Shown here piece after piece: positions 11,175 through 23,500 of a DNA stretch of 64,000 nt. Where the stretch lies: contig NW_008246083.1 of NCBI RefSeq assembly GCF_000281045.1, positions 438,235-502,234 of the forward strand. Reading direction: 5' to 3'. Every line of letters starts with the position of its first letter. The stretch's first letter is position 1. The translations under genes and the position numbers were made by a program. This DNA is from Saprolegnia diclina VS20 (lineage: Eukaryota). Below the pieces are notes generated by a model, which worked only from the letters and a program-made list of their open reading frames with translations, was not told the origin of the DNA and did not search any database.

Positions 11175-13497
11175 TTAGCGGTGCTGCTTCTTGTATTTGA
11201 TGAAGCGGAGGAGGTTGAGGCGCGTCTCCTTGGCATGGCTCACAAGGTCGCGGTCCAGCGTCTTGGCCTCGGCCTTGATCTTGGCCTTCATGCCCGCGCT
11301 TACGTGTTCGAGCGACGAGAGAAAGTTGAGGCGGAAGAACACCTCGTCGTACTGCTCCTCGCTGTAGATATCAAAGAGCGCGTTGAGCACCTCGCAGACC
11401 ACTTGCAGGTCCGTATCCGAGAGAAGCGCCCCGAGGCACTGACCAAGCACTTGGTTCTCGGCCGCTGAGTGCGGCTTCTTCCCGAGCGTCCCGAGCACGC
11501 GGATAGCGCCCGTGCGCGCGTCGATCGACGCAGTGGCGTTCTGCGCGCAGCCCACGACAAGGCCGAGCGGCTCGTTCGCACACTCAAGCGTGATCTTGTC
11601 GTCGACCGACCGCGTCACGACCGCACCGACTGCCATCATGCTACGATAAGAATCCCGATAAGCTTTTTGTCACGAGAGAAGCGGGCTGTGTACATGGCAG
11701 CAGCGACGTCACGCTCGGACGCCAGCGACACGACGTGCGTGTACATGGTCATGAGGTTCGTAAACACTTGGGTGAGCGAAAACGTCGCCTCAAGCTCTAC
11801 AATGGACGTTCTTCGTCCAGTATCATCGTTGGTAGGACAAGCGTACCGGCGCGCGACGCCGCGAGCACCAAGTTGGCAAAGCAGCTGCAGGCACGTTCGC
11901 GGATGACGCCAAAGTCATCGGCAATGTCGGCGTGGAGCGTCGGCGGGATCACGACAAGCGCTTGCAGCATCGCATACATCTAGCCAAATGTATCAACTTG
12001 ACATTCTCGATAGAGATAGAGTGTCCGTACACGCGCCAGCATCTTCTCGGACGCAAAGGCCTGGCTCGCGACCGACTGGTTGGCCGACGAGAGCGGGTCC
12101 TGGCCCGCGAGCGACTGCGCCGCCTAGTTGTAGTTGACGTTAGCACAAAGGTTCTTGCTGTTCCGTCGTAGCCTACTTCTTCCATGCCTTCTTCGTCGTC
12201 GCTGCCCCACTCCTCGTCGTCCTCACCTACGCATCCATGAGACTTGCGTCGATATGGACACACATCCATACCATCGTCGAGGGCGAGCATGTTGGAGATG
12301 ATCTCGAGGCCAAGCGTCAGCACGTGGACGTTCTCCTTCCACGTCTTGATCGTGTGCTGCGCCTTGTTAGCAGCCTCCAACGCGGCGCGGTCGGCATCGT
12401 CTTCGGTTTCCGAAATCTACGCAGTGTATATGTTAGTCTATCGCGATCGGCTCGTCGTGGGTGTACGATCTCGGCGTTGCCCATGGCTTCAGCGGCAATC
12501 GGGACGCTCTCCGAAGCGAGCTGCGCCTGCGACACGACGCCGACAGCATCGTACGCGACCGCCGACGAGAGCACGGGCAGCAGCAGCGCGATGCCCGCGG
12601 CGTTCTCGAGCGCGCCCGGGAGGTTGATGACGGCACCGATGGTCGTGAGACGCAGCGACATGTTGTGCTCGGGCGACTGCAGCAGCTGCAAAAGCGTTTG
12701 CTGGTAGCTCACGTTGGCGTTGATGAGGTCGTTCCACTCGGGGTTGTTGTCGGAGAGCACAAGCATGAGCTTGGACGCTTCCATCTGCATCGATGGCGCA
12801 GCCTTCACCGGCAAGCACTTGATGAGCGCGGGCAGCACGAGGTTGCGCTGCTGCGTGATCTGCGCCAGCGCGAGCGAGCAGCTCTCGGCCAAGTTGGCGA
12901 GGAGCGAAAAGATCTGCTCGAGGATCTGGAACGCATGCACGTCCTTGTTGACGATCGCGTTGAGGTGCTTGTCCGTCGTGTACTCGCCAACGAGCTTGAT
13001 GCACGGCGTGATGACGTCCTGCGACGTCATGTACTCGCACCCGTCGAGGCCACCGGCAATGGAAATGTTGCTAGGAAACTTCCCTTAGCGTCGTCGACCA
13101 ATGCACCGTGTAGAGTACCGAAGCGCGCCGATGCTGTGGAGGCGCACGAGCTTGGAGTGGTCGACCATGCGCGGCAGAAGCTTCTTCATCAAGCCGCCGT
13201 TCAGCATCTTTTGGAGCAGCTTGGCCTTCTCGGGCGACATTTGGTCGTCGCCGCCAAAGTACGACGCCAGCGCCACGCACGTGGCTTCGCGCACCGAGCC
13301 TTGCAAGCTCGTCAACTACACAGCGTGATGAGCATAGCACGCCAGGTCATGATTGGTCATACGCCGGCGAGGAACTCGGGCACTTGGCGGATGCCGCCTT
13401 CCATGGCTGCGTCCTCGAGCTCGGCCTGCGACGGCCCGCCCGTCGGCGGCACGACGCTCTTGTGGCCGTTGTTGCGGCGCTTCTTGACCTTGCCCAT
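11175..13497 (-). CDS. HEATR3: HEAT repeat-containing protein 3 / Syo1-like, multi-exon
   Basis: Basic N-terminus MGKVKKRR...PPTG, ARM/HEAT helices, LGLEIISN followed by an acidic loop, C-terminal EVLNALFDIYSE...ETRLNLLRFIKYK. Confidence 0.8.
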
Positions 13498-13759
13498 CTT
13501 GCAGTAGCTTCAATTGTGACCGGGACTCGGACCAGTCAATCGCCTTTGGCGTGCACCCGGAAAGGCCATTGGTGCGTTGAATTTTCATTTTGGCCAATCA
13601 GCAATCGCATTTCCAAGGATGGCGCGCTTGCATTCGGCACATGCCACCTTTTAGAACCTGCTGCGATTGGTGTGTTTTCCCATCAATTTGACCAATCCAG
13701 TTGCAGAGACCGTGGCATACATTTGCTCAGTTTACTGCCAGAACCACACAGCAAGCGCG
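13498..13759. promoter_or_regulatory. Short bidirectional promoter HEATR3/LSM3 with CCAAT boxes
   Basis: 262 bp between divergent ATGs; GGCCAATCAG near 13592, GATTGG near 13665, ACCAATC near 13691. Confidence 0.55.
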
Positions 13760-14038
13760 ATGGCATCGATCGACGAACCGCTCGACCTGATCAAGCTCAG
13801 CCTCGACGAGCGCATCTACGTCAAGTGCCGGGGCGACCGTGAGCTCCGCGGTAAGCTCCAGGCTTACGACCAGCACCTCAACATGATCCTGAGCGACGTC
13901 GAGGAGACCGTGACGAGCCATGAAGTTGACCAAGAGACGTACGAAGAGATCGTCAAGCAGGCCAAGCGCCAGGTCGAGATGCTCTTTGTGCGCGGCGACG
14001 TCATCGTGCTCGTGGCGCCGCCCTTGCGCACGGGCTAA
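13760..14038 (+). CDS. LSM3: U6 snRNA-associated Sm-like protein LSm3
   Basis: [45 protein letters not shown]...[15 protein letters not shown], canonical LSm3. Confidence 0.95.
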   Translation: MASIDEPLDLIKLSLDERIYVKCRGDRELRGKLQAYDQHLNMILSDVEETVTSHEVDQETYEEIVKQAKRQVEMLFVRGDVIVLVAPPLRTG

Positions 14039-14135
14039 GCCAAACAGTACACACTCCTCCTCATCAATCATGATGGACATGTATAACTTAAACGGCGTCG
14101 CGTCTTGGCACACCGAACGATGCATCCTCATCCAC

Positions 14136-14951
14136 CTAGCTGCCACGATGGTACGCCTGCGTCTGCGGCGCCGACCGATGCACATTCTCCGCGACCGAGT
14201 TGCGCGGGCCTTTGGCCGTTAACGGCCGCCCTTGCTTCCTTTTGGTCTTCGACTTGGTGGTGCCCGATGAAGTCCACGTGATTTCGTCGTCGGCATCGTC
14301 CTTGATCTCGACAGCAACAGAGACTGCGCGCAGAAGGTCCTCGCAACTGCTGCTTATCCAGCATTCTTTGCTCGTGGGCTTGGGTCGGGTCGTCGTCTTG
14401 GTCGGCTGGCTCTTGGCCTTGGCAGAGCCCTGGTCGTTGCGGCGGTCGTGGAGCCAGAGATTTGCGTCGCGCAGCGTGCGCTCGCGTTCCTGGGCTTGTT
14501 GGAGGAGCTCTCTCCGCTCCTTATCGAGCGCTTGACGCAGCGCCTTGCGTGTGTCCACGTCGTAGACAAAGTCGACCGGCGCAGCCTTGGTGCGAGCAGC
14601 GCTCTGCGGCCGACGGGTCGGGTCGCGCGACTGATTCGAGGGCGCGCGTGACGGCGCCTTTTGTTTCTTTGGTCTCGCCTGGGGCGGTACAAACGCGGGG
14701 TCAATGGCGACCGTAGCGCCAAATGCGCTCTTGGTAGCATCGAGATGCAAGCCGGCCGCTACGAGTTGGAGTATACAGCGATCGAAACCTGTTCGACGAG
14801 ACGTACGCTTGGGCGTAAAGTGGCCCTTGGCCTTGTAGCCGCGCAAGGACATGCCACACGAGTGCTCAAAGCCATCGATAGCTACAAGCGGGTCGTGGAG
14901 ACCCCGTGGAATAGGCGGCGATCGACGGTGTACCTTGGGCGCAGGAGGCAA
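14136..14951 (-). CDS. Hypothetical basic/coiled-coil protein (last exon; upstream exons may extend toward about 15500)
   Basis: 271-codon ORF with a coiled-coil segment (RKALRQALDKERRELLQQAQERER); no family recognised. Confidence 0.5.
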   Translation of the reverse strand: MPPAPKVHRRSPPIPRGLHDPLVAIDGFEHSCGMSLRGYKAKGHFTPKRTSRRTGFDRCILQLVAAGLHLDATKSAFGATVAIDPAFVPPQARPKKQKAPSRAPSNQSRDPTRRPQSAARTKAAPVDFVYDVDTRKALRQALDKERRELLQQAQERERTLRDANLWLHDRRNDQGSAKAKSQPTKTTTRPKPTSKECWISSSCEDLLRAVSVAVEIKDDADDEITWTSSGTTKSKTKRKQGRPLTAKGPRNSVAENVHRSAPQTQAYHRGS

Positions 14952-15558
14952 ACATAAGGTCCTATTAATACCAATTTCAGAATGAACCTACATCAATGCA
15001 GCTCTGTGCCAGAGCGTTGGGTGGTTTTGCAGTACGTGGCGAGGCAGGTGGAGGTTGCAAATTCGCTGCTGGTCACGAACTGGTTCCTGGTCTGTTGATC
15101 CAAACACGACGACTGGCGGTGTCATTGCGATGATGTGGACAAGCCCCTTTATGCACTCAATGGCTTGGGTTCGAGTCGTGTCTTCTGACAGCCCCTTTCT
15201 CTCTAGAAACCAAGTCTTCTGCAGCGTGTCGTCGATGACAGAACAGCAAGACGAGAATACGCTTGGATACTGTGGTTAGGATATCGATGGTTAAACGAGT
15301 AGCAACAACAGTTGGCAAAAAGAGTAGCAGCAGCAGCGCCGCCCCGAGTCCCGCAACGGCTGGCCCTTTACGAGGGAGCATTGCGCCCATCCCCACACAA
15401 GTTCATGTGCCTGGCCTGCCGAAGCGGTCCTCGGCTTGACTGCTGCAGCTGCACCTTTGCCGTTGTCGAATTGCGCGCTGACTGCCTAGGGAGAAACATG
15501 TTGGACGCTTTTACAATGTGAGGATAATGGTTTTTCATGGACGGCGGCGGGAAAAGCC

Positions 15559-15630
15559 TGCGCCAGCGGGGATTGAACCCTGTGCCTTCCGCTTACGAAG
15601 CAGAAATCCACCGACTAGACAGAGGGGCGC
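15559..15630 (-). pseudogene. Degenerate tRNA-like sequence (CGT anticodon, Thr-like) or tRNA-derived SINE head
   Basis: Minus strand GCGCCCCTCTGTCTAGTCGGTGGATT-TCTGC-TTCGTAA-GCGGA-AGGCACAGGGTTCAATCCCCGCTGGCGCA. Good anticodon stem, A/B-box-like motifs and a downstream TTTT, but mismatches in the acceptor and T stems. Confidence 0.55.
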
Positions 15631-16884
15631 AACGTGCCATGCGTTGAGTTGAAAAAGCGACAAGGAGCTTGATGACAGCACCGGTGCAGCGTACGGTCGC
15701 TTCGTTGATAGCCGCGAGCCAGCGTAAACGCTGCACGACCATCCGTGGGTACACTGTCCTCTCGGTCCTGCGACCGAGTGTTTCAATGTCAAGTTGCGTG
15801 CACTTAGCCTTGCGTGTTGCAGGACGCTCGACTGGCGCCGCCAGTTTGATGGATCCAAAATACGACGTTGCTCGATGCAAGAGCACTACGTACGCAGTGC
15901 AGAGTGCGTAGAGTGTAGTGTAGGTACACGACAATGACCGACGTCGTTGGCGGTGCTATGCAACATGAGTGACCACTCGCCGCGACGACACAAACACGCT
16001 TCAGATACGACGAGACGCTAAATCCACGCGCCTNNNNNNNNNNNNNNNNNNNNNNNNNNNNNNNNNNNNNNNNNNNNNNNNNNNNNNNNNNNNNNNNNNN
16101 NNNNNNNNNNNNNNNNNNNNNNNNNNNNNNNNNNNNNNNNNNGCAGTTCTCCTTTAGCGCTGCGGCGGGACTTGTGTTGTCTATCTAAGTGTACCTCGTC
16201 GTCTTGTCGTACGGCAAATGTCGCTCTTTGACCCACGCGTCATCACGTACACGAGCAGCGACGAGCGTGTCACTCGTGGTTCGCCGGCTCCACCCAAGTC
16301 AACAGCGTAGAGCCTGCTTCCACCAAGCTTGTTAGTCTCCATGACGAGCTTCGTCGTGCGTTGGTCGTGCTGTGTATTGGTCCAGCCATTGGCCAGAGCA
16401 CCTGCTAAACACGTACAAAACGCGTACTAGTATGGAATATGAGTCGGCACCTACACATCACATTGAACATGCACAAGAGGTGCGTATATCAATCTACTCT
16501 AGGCCATTCCGCGCTTAGGTTGAAGTCAGCATTGGATGCAGAGGCGCACGAGATGCCGAGTGAAGAGACGCAATTATCCTGGTAGGAACGTTTACGTGGT
16601 GTACCAGCATCCCAGGGGATTAATTGGATAAATTCGGTGTGTCGTGTCTCAATCCGGCCAACCCATTGGCTATAATTCAAGCCATTTTGGCCAATCGCAT
16701 CGCGCAGAACGTGTCCAGTGTAGTGCGATTTACATGTCCCTGTTAAGTGCTGTCCATGTTGGGACATTATACTTGATTTTGTATNNNNNNNNNNNNNNNN
16801 NNNNNNNNNNNNNNNNNNNNNNNNNNNNNNNNNNNNNNNNNNNNNNNNNNNNNNNNNNNNNNNNNNNNNNNNNNNNNNNNNNNN

Positions 16885-19800
16885 GCGCTGGCTGTGCGTA
16901 CTCGCTTGGCGTTTGCGGGTCAAAATTTGTTTGCGTTTCACCGTGTGGCGGCGTCGACCTGGCTCGGGCGGCCGCTCATGTTTCTTCGCGGCGGCTGCGC
17001 GCTGCTGCTGCTTGCAACTGCCCCCGTGACACTGACACAAACCAATGGCGTCTCGGTGCTTGTGAGCTCGGGACGTCCGTTCTACGAAGCGTTCGTACTC
17101 GCAGGCGAAGCCAACTGGATCACGTACGTCATGTACGAGTGCCAGCTCGTGTTCCACCCGGATGGCTCGATGGGCGCGGCAGCCGTCATCTGGTGCATCT
17201 ACAGTCTTCTGGACGTGCTGGCACCGGTCACCGTGACTACCACACTAGAGCGCAACTGCTCGAGCACCGACTACATCTACACCCTAAAGTGCACACACGG
17301 CGCCATCTCCATCGGTAGCTTACAGCGTCTCTACGTGCTTCTCGGGATCCAAGCTGCCGGTCTCCTTATTACTGTGTTTTGGCAACACCACCGCACACGA
17401 ATCGACAATCGACGCCCAATTACCGCTCTCTTCACCGGCGTCGCGAGCGCACTGCTTCATCACGAGCTCGACGACATTGGCTACATCCTCACAGGACTGA
17501 TCCCACTGCAGCCAGATCGCATCTTCTTTGACGTCAAGCTGTGGGTCATCGTACGTGTGACCCAAGAACCTGTAGCGCCGGCCACCGTTGCGGCCGACCC
17601 ACTGCGATTTCCAGCATCACCGTGGCATGCACGGATTAGCGCTGTCGCTGGCTTTCTTTACGTTGTGGCGGCTGTCAGTAGCAGCTACTCGTACTTGCAG
17701 ATCGCCAAGCGCACGCTTGTCAACGACCTCATCTGGCCCGGCTTCAGCCTCTCGAGCACTCATGTCTTCTTGTCGAACTGCCTCTGGGGTCGTATCGCTA
17801 TGAACCAAACAGACGGAGACTTTGCGCTCACTGATCCGTCCATCAACGCGGTTGGCTCGACAGTTGCGTTAACCACGAGCTCCCCGACCCACTTTGGTGC
17901 CCGCATGCAATACTCGACGCTGACGACGCTACTCGATGCTGTGCACGGTCTACGAGCTACTGATGCCTGCGACACACCCTGGATCTTTACACCCTACTGC
18001 TACCTCGATTTTGGTGGCGTCTGGGACTTGGCTGCCACCGCCACGCGCCAAGCGCGCTGTCGTCGCATGATGGCGACCAACGCTGCCGTGTACCTCGAGT
18101 CGCTGCTTCGTAACGTCAAGTGGGACGACTGGGTCACTTGCTGGGGTCCTTCGTTCGACTCTGCTTTTGGCATGCATCTCGCAACGACGCGCCAAGGACA
18201 AGCCTTTCTAGCCTCAGTGAGCCAGCCACGCCTCTCGATTGCAGACGAAGTTAGCTACTGGCAGCGCCACGGACTCGAATCGTACGAGCTGCAGTGGCAA
18301 AACTTCAAAGTCATCGGACTCGACAACACCTACAGCATTGTCAATGCGCTCGGCCTCTCGTATCCGTTTACGCTTCAGCGGAGCCAGGGCTACTTTCGTC
18401 GTGAGTTTCAGACGACCTACAAGCTCTACTGGTCGCTCGCCAACGATCTGGCCAACCTGCGAAACCAAACGAGCTTGTTGCGAGCGTCCCCCGCCTTTGC
18501 ATATGCCAATGCGTCGTTGGAAGACGTCTACTTGGCGAACGCCACCTTTCTGACGGCGCCACTACCAGCAGGATATGCAGTCGTTCGTGCAGCGCTAGGT
18601 CCGTTTGGTGCGATCGATGCCACGTACGTCGAAGTACCGAGGGTCGTCCGCGCTGTTGCTCGGGACATCATGTCAGCCGTCGCAACCCATCGTGCGAGGT
18701 CATTGAAGTTGCAGGCTGCCTACGCGACACTGCAAGTGAACTTTCTCGATTTGCTCGTTCCAGCACCGTGGTTGAAGCTTGGCTTTAGCACCGTCGGGGG
18801 CTCGCTTCTCTGTTCGGACCTGATGATGGCGAGTTCGAGCCCGATCTCGGTGGGTCTTTTGCGCCTTTTCCTCTTTGAGAGCAAGTGCACGGGCGGCGTG
18901 CTCTCGTCGACACTCTCGTCGACGCCGGATGGTTGGGTGTTTGCAGCGCTTTTCTCCAACACGAGCGCTTCGGAGCACTGCGTGCAAGTGCCCAATGCAG
19001 CCGCCCAGTGCCGAGCTACTTTTGCCGCCGTCACACAATGGACGGCGACGATGGCGCCTCTCAACATAGCGTCGCTGTCGACAGCCATGGACGCGCTTGT
19101 GGCGCTCAACATCTCCCTCATGCAGTACGGAACTCTGCACTCCACGGCCCCCCTCGCGCTCTTCACGACTCCGATTTTCGACGAGCTTTTTGCCTTTTTT
19201 GGCTCAATGTTTGTGCTCGACTGGCTGCGCGGCCAGCGGGATGTCGTGCGGTTCACAGGCGACCACGGATCGCTCACGCTTCTCTCGGACCTCATCGTCC
19301 GAACGATCGAGCCGGTTGAAGCTGCGGAGCTTTCGTCGATGTTTGCCCTCTACGCCCACGCCACCGTCCAGTACATTACCTTTGTCATGGCAGGGCTGGC
19401 CGCCGTTGCAGGCTTGTACATTGTTGTTAGCCGTGGCCGCGTCGAAGGGCTCAACATGCTCGAGCTCAGTCGCGTCGGTGGCATCGTCTGGGTCGGTCGT
19501 CCGCTCTTGGTCGTCCGTAGCGTCTCTGCGCTCTGTCTCTTGTCGACGGCGACCACACTGTCGCTCCACTATCCAAGTCCGTACCTCGTATCGTTTGCGA
19601 CCGAGGCTTCATCGGCGCTCACAACGTGCTTGGCAGCGAGCGAGGTCACGTGGCTCGTTGGCATTCTCAACGACATCTGTCTCGCCATCACACGCGAGCA
19701 CTCGACGCGCTACACGACCATCAACAGTCTGCTCGTCTGGTCGATTGCAGCTTGCCTCACATCCCTTCAGCCTGTTGAGCACCGGGCGACTATGGACTTT

Positions 19801-20238
19801 CGCTGCGTCTCTACGGCGCTCGATTTCCAAGTCGACTGCTCAACAGGCTCCATCGCGATCGGGTTTCTCGATCGCGTTTTGCTCTTAATCGCGGTGATCG
19901 TCGCCTGCAACGGCGTCTGCTACGGTCTTGTGCGAGCCTTGTGGCCAGTCTCGGCATCCCTACGCCGCAGCCAGTCGCTCCTGCTCACGGCGGGCGCCAA
20001 GTACCTCTTCACGCACGACGGGTGGCTGCTTGGCGATGTCTACTACATGGATCGCGCGTCGGCGCTGCTGAGCGGTCTCCTGACGGTCTCGGTGCGCGGC
20101 TCTCTCGTGCTCTTTGACGTCAAGACCTGGCGAATGCAGCCAGTGCACTCGAAGAAGCCGACCACAGATGACATCCTCCCTCCTCGGTTTGAGACCGCGG
20201 TACCGCTTCCCGACACGCCGATTGCTCACTTTGTCTAA
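16885..20238 (+). CDS. Large multi-pass membrane protein (copy 2; 5' truncated by gap)
   Basis: 1114-aa open frame from the gap edge. The TM module occurs twice (GRPLMFLRG...FFDVKLW and GRPLLVVRS...LFDVKTW), flanking a large Cys- and glycosylation-rich predicted ectodomain. Confidence 0.88.
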   Translation, partial: ALAVRTRLAFAGQNLFAFHRVAASTWLGRPLMFLRGGCALLLLATAPVTLTQTNGVSVLVSSGRPFYEAFVLAGEANWITYVMYECQLVFHPDGSMGAAAVIWCIYSLLDVLAPVTVTTTLERNCSSTDYIYTLKCTHGAISIGSLQRLYVLLGIQAAGLLITVFWQHHRTRIDNRRPITALFTGVASALLHHELDDIGYILTGLIPLQPDRIFFDVKLWVIVRVTQEPVAPATVAADPLRFPASPWHARISAVAGFLYVVAAVSSSYSYLQIAKRTLVNDLIWPGFSLSSTHVFLSNCLWGRIAMNQTDGDFALTDPSINAVGSTVALTTSSPTHFGARMQYSTLTTLLDAVHGLRATDACDTPWIFTPYCYLDFGGVWDLAATATRQARCRRMMATNAAVYLESLLRNVKWDDWVTCWGPSFDSAFGMHLATTRQGQAFLASVSQPRLSIADEVSYWQRHGLESYELQWQNFKVIGLDNTYSIVNALGLSYPFTLQRSQGYFRREFQTTYKLYWSLANDLANLRNQTSLLRASPAFAYANASLEDVYLANATFLTAPLPAGYAVVRAALGPFGAIDATYVEVPRVVRAVARDIMSAVATHRARSLKLQAAYATLQVNFLDLLVPAPWLKLGFSTVGGSLLCSDLMMASSSPISVGLLRLFLFESKCTGGVLSSTLSSTPDGWVFAALFSNTSASEHCVQVPNAAAQCRATFAAVTQWTATMAPLNIASLSTAMDALVALNISLMQYGTLHSTAPLALFTTPIFDELFAFFGSMFVLDWLRGQRDVVRFTGDHGSLTLLSDLIVRTIEPVEAAELSSMFALYAHATVQYITFVMAGLAAVAGLYIVVSRGRVEGLNMLELSRVGGIVWVGRPLLVVRSVSALCLLSTATTLSLHYPSPYLVSFATEASSALTTCLAASEVTWLVGILNDICLAITREHSTRYTTINSLLVWSIAACLTSLQPVEHRATMDFRCVSTALDFQVDCSTGSIAIGFLDRVLLLIAVIVACNGVCYGLVRALWPVSASLRRSQSLLLTAGAKYLFTHDGWLLGDVYYMDRASALLSGLLTVSVRGSLVLFDVKTWRMQPVHSKKPTTDDILPPRFETAVPLPDTPIAHFV

Positions 20239-20552
20239 GTCGAGATGGATAAGAAAATAGCCTCGTTCATATCGGAAGAGGTTTGCTAGCATGACATAAG
20301 TCTGGCCTAAATCTGCAGCGCGGGAAGGAACCTGAATCATCAAGAGCGCGCCATGAGCTCCATGTTGGTCGAGAGAGACTCTGTCTTCACTTGGCCAGTG
20401 GAACTTCCACAGCAAACAAATGAGACGACCTGCTCCACTGCACCTCGTGATCGTCCCTTGGCGAGACAACACCCGGTCGATTCGGATGCGCGGCCTGAAC
20501 ACCAAGACGAATATGGAGTACACTCGTTGGTTAACTTATACAATAGAGCCGC

Positions 20553-23500
20553 TTACGCCTTGAGCTCGGTGCGGGCGACGATGCCGTGCGTCATGTCTTG
20601 GATTTCACGCAAAAGCGAGAAGATCTGCGGCACCGCCGACCCGCTCTCGTTCTCGAGCGGCAAGAGGTGCGTCGCCTTCATGACGCGGAACCGCGTCGGC
20701 AAGAACGCGGTCGGCTTCCACCGGATCGCAATCACGTCCTTGTTGGCAAACACAAGGCCAAAGTCGGCGAGGCGGGCGCGGAGCTTCGAGACAACACCCG
20801 AGAGCGGGTCCAGCCCTAGGTACAGCGACGACGCGTCCGGACGCATGTTCTTGTAGTACGCCATCCCAAACGGCCCCTTGCTGCTCAGATGGAGCTTCGT
20901 CGACGGCAGCGCGTCCGTGTCGAGGTGCAAGACGACGTCATAGTCCATGACGTGGGCAAAGCAGCTCTGCCACGCGTGCGGTGCGCCGCCCGTCTTGAGC
21001 CAGTGCAGCCACGACACGGTGGTCGCCCGCGCCAGCGACACGAGACGGTGCACCATCGCGCGCTCGTCGGCGCCGTGGACGCTGGCGCGGCTCCAGCTCG
21101 AGAGCGTGTCCATCGCTTCGTACGACGCCGCGACAAAGAGGCCGGGGTGCGTGCTCGGCTGCGTCGCTGACGCGTCAAAGCGCTTCTGCACCTCGCGGTG
21201 GTCCTTCTCCGTCCAGATGTCTTGCAGATCGACGATGAGCGCTTCTTCGGCCCACGGGTGCGACGCCAGCAGCGTCAACAAGCGCGTAAAGCCCGAGAGG
21301 ATCGACATCGGCGGCGCCTCCTTCGAGAGGAAGAGCGATGCAACAAGGAGCTCGATCGTCTCGAGGCGGAGGAGCGACCCGCAGAGCTGCGACTCAAGCC
21401 ACGTCGACACAAAGCGAACGGTCGGCGCAAAGCTCGGGTGGCGGCTTTGGAGTGCGTGCAGCTGCATCGCGTGCGGGACCGCGTACTGGCGCGCGGCAAA
21501 GTCGGCGCAGAGCGACCGGTCGCGCTCCGTGTGCAAGAGCAGGCGAAAGACGTAGCCATCGACGGCGACGTCGACGCCGGTTGCAAACACGTGGCACGTG
21601 TACGCGCGCGACTTGTGCTCGTCGAGCGCGTGCGCAAGATGCACGTAGAACCCGAGCTTGGCCTTCTCGAGCGCGTCCGCGGTCGTCGGCCAGCTCGACG
21701 ACGACTCAAACTGGAGCACGACCAGGATCGGGTCAACGACCGTCGAAATGTACTTGGACGCCACCGAAATCGGGGTTTTGGACGCGAGCGGGTGCGGCAG
21801 CGGCGGCGACGGGCTCGTATAGCGATACGCTGGCGCGACGGGCTGCACGTCCTTGACCTTGAGCGGGAGCACATCGTCGAGCGACCGGAGCGTCGCGCCG
21901 AGGGCGTTCCACGTCTTGTGCAGCGCCGGCACGTGCTTGGCAAACGCGGCAGCGTCCGTATCCGCCTCGAGCAGCGTCGCGTTCGACGACGTGATGTCGC
22001 CAATGCTCGGGACGTGCGCCATCACAATGTACGCGACGATCGCACACAGGATCTCGTGGGGCTTGACGTCGTCCCACACGACCGCCTCGACGATCGCGCC
22101 GTCCTTGAAGCGACGCAGCTCCGCCTTGGTCTTCCAGAACGCGCGGAACTCGGCCGCCGCGGTCGTGTCGTCGGCATCCGGACCCTTGTCCACAATACGC
22201 GTCGCGTGCTCGGGCACGATCGAGAGCCCGAGCGTCATGGACGTCGGCAGCGGGCGGCGGCTCGAGAGCGTCCACGTCGACGCCGACGCAATCAGTGCTC
22301 GCACGCGCGCGACACGGTCGCCAAGCGCCTTGGTCGCCAGCGCCGCCACGTACGCGGGCCACGCGACGTCGAGGTCGACTTCGAGCGTCGGCACGGCGTT
22401 GGCCTTGGCCTTGGGCAGCGGCACGTGGATGTACTCGTCGTAGCGCGCATAGACCGAGTGCTGGAGGATAAAGACGCGCTGAAAGTCAAGCAGCGTGCCC
22501 TGCGAGAGCCAGCGGTACGACTGCTGCGCGAGCCACTGCATCTCGACAAAGCCGGACGCCGAAAGCGACGCAAAGAGGTTGAGCCGGTTCGACGCGTCAA
22601 GCAACACGACGTCGAACGCGTCCGAGAACACTTGGAGCGCAGCGTCGGTCGGGACGACATCGCCGTCCGATGGAAAGACGAGGGCCGTGCTCGTATCGTA
22701 CGAGGCCAGAAACTGGAGCCAGATCTTGAACATGGCATCGCTGCTCGTTGTGAGATGGATCTTCTTCGATTGCACGAGGTAGAGGAGCAGCATGGACGCC
22801 TGGAAGCCGTTCATGTCGAGCGACCGCTGGCGCAGCCACACTTTGGCGAGCATGCACGTCTCGACAAACGCCGGCGACTGCGACGCGATGGCGTGGAGCG
22901 CCTTGAGGTGGCTCAGCATCCGCATGTCTTCGAGGATCGCATTGTTGTAGCGCGGCGTGGGCGTCGCCACGTCGCTGCGGATGTTGCTTCGCCCAGGATT
23001 GAGCTTGGCGACGCTAAAGCAGTTCTCGGGAAGGACCGGGTACACGTGGAGCGACACCGAATGGCCCTTGATCTTCTTCGCCAGCGATGCGACGAGCACG
23101 GGCTTGTTGGCGTCACCGTGGAAACTCGTGACGCGGATGGACGCGACAACGTCGGCGCCATCGACCTGGAGACTCTGGAGCGCACCGGCAAGCACGCCGA
23201 GGTACAAGTTGCGCTTGTCGTGGTACCGGTAGTTGAGAAAGTCCTTGGGCACAAAGCAGGACGATGGCATCGTCACGGCCAAGTCGATGGTCAAGCTACT
23301 CGCCTTCTTGATGCCATGGCGCAGCGTGTGCGAGCCGAGCACATCGAGACGCGCGGGCGCCGCGAATGGCAGCGCGACCTCCTTGAGGAGGTTGCGCGTG
23401 GGCAGGCCCGGCATGGCCAAGCACGACGACGTGACCTGCTGCTCGGGCAGCGCGTCCAAGCACTGCTTGATGGCCACGAGGATCGGGTTGACGCCATTGA

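Noticed and set aside
15650..16784. Possible transposase remnants around two gaps
   Set aside because: No long frame or recognisable motif in the frames I read.
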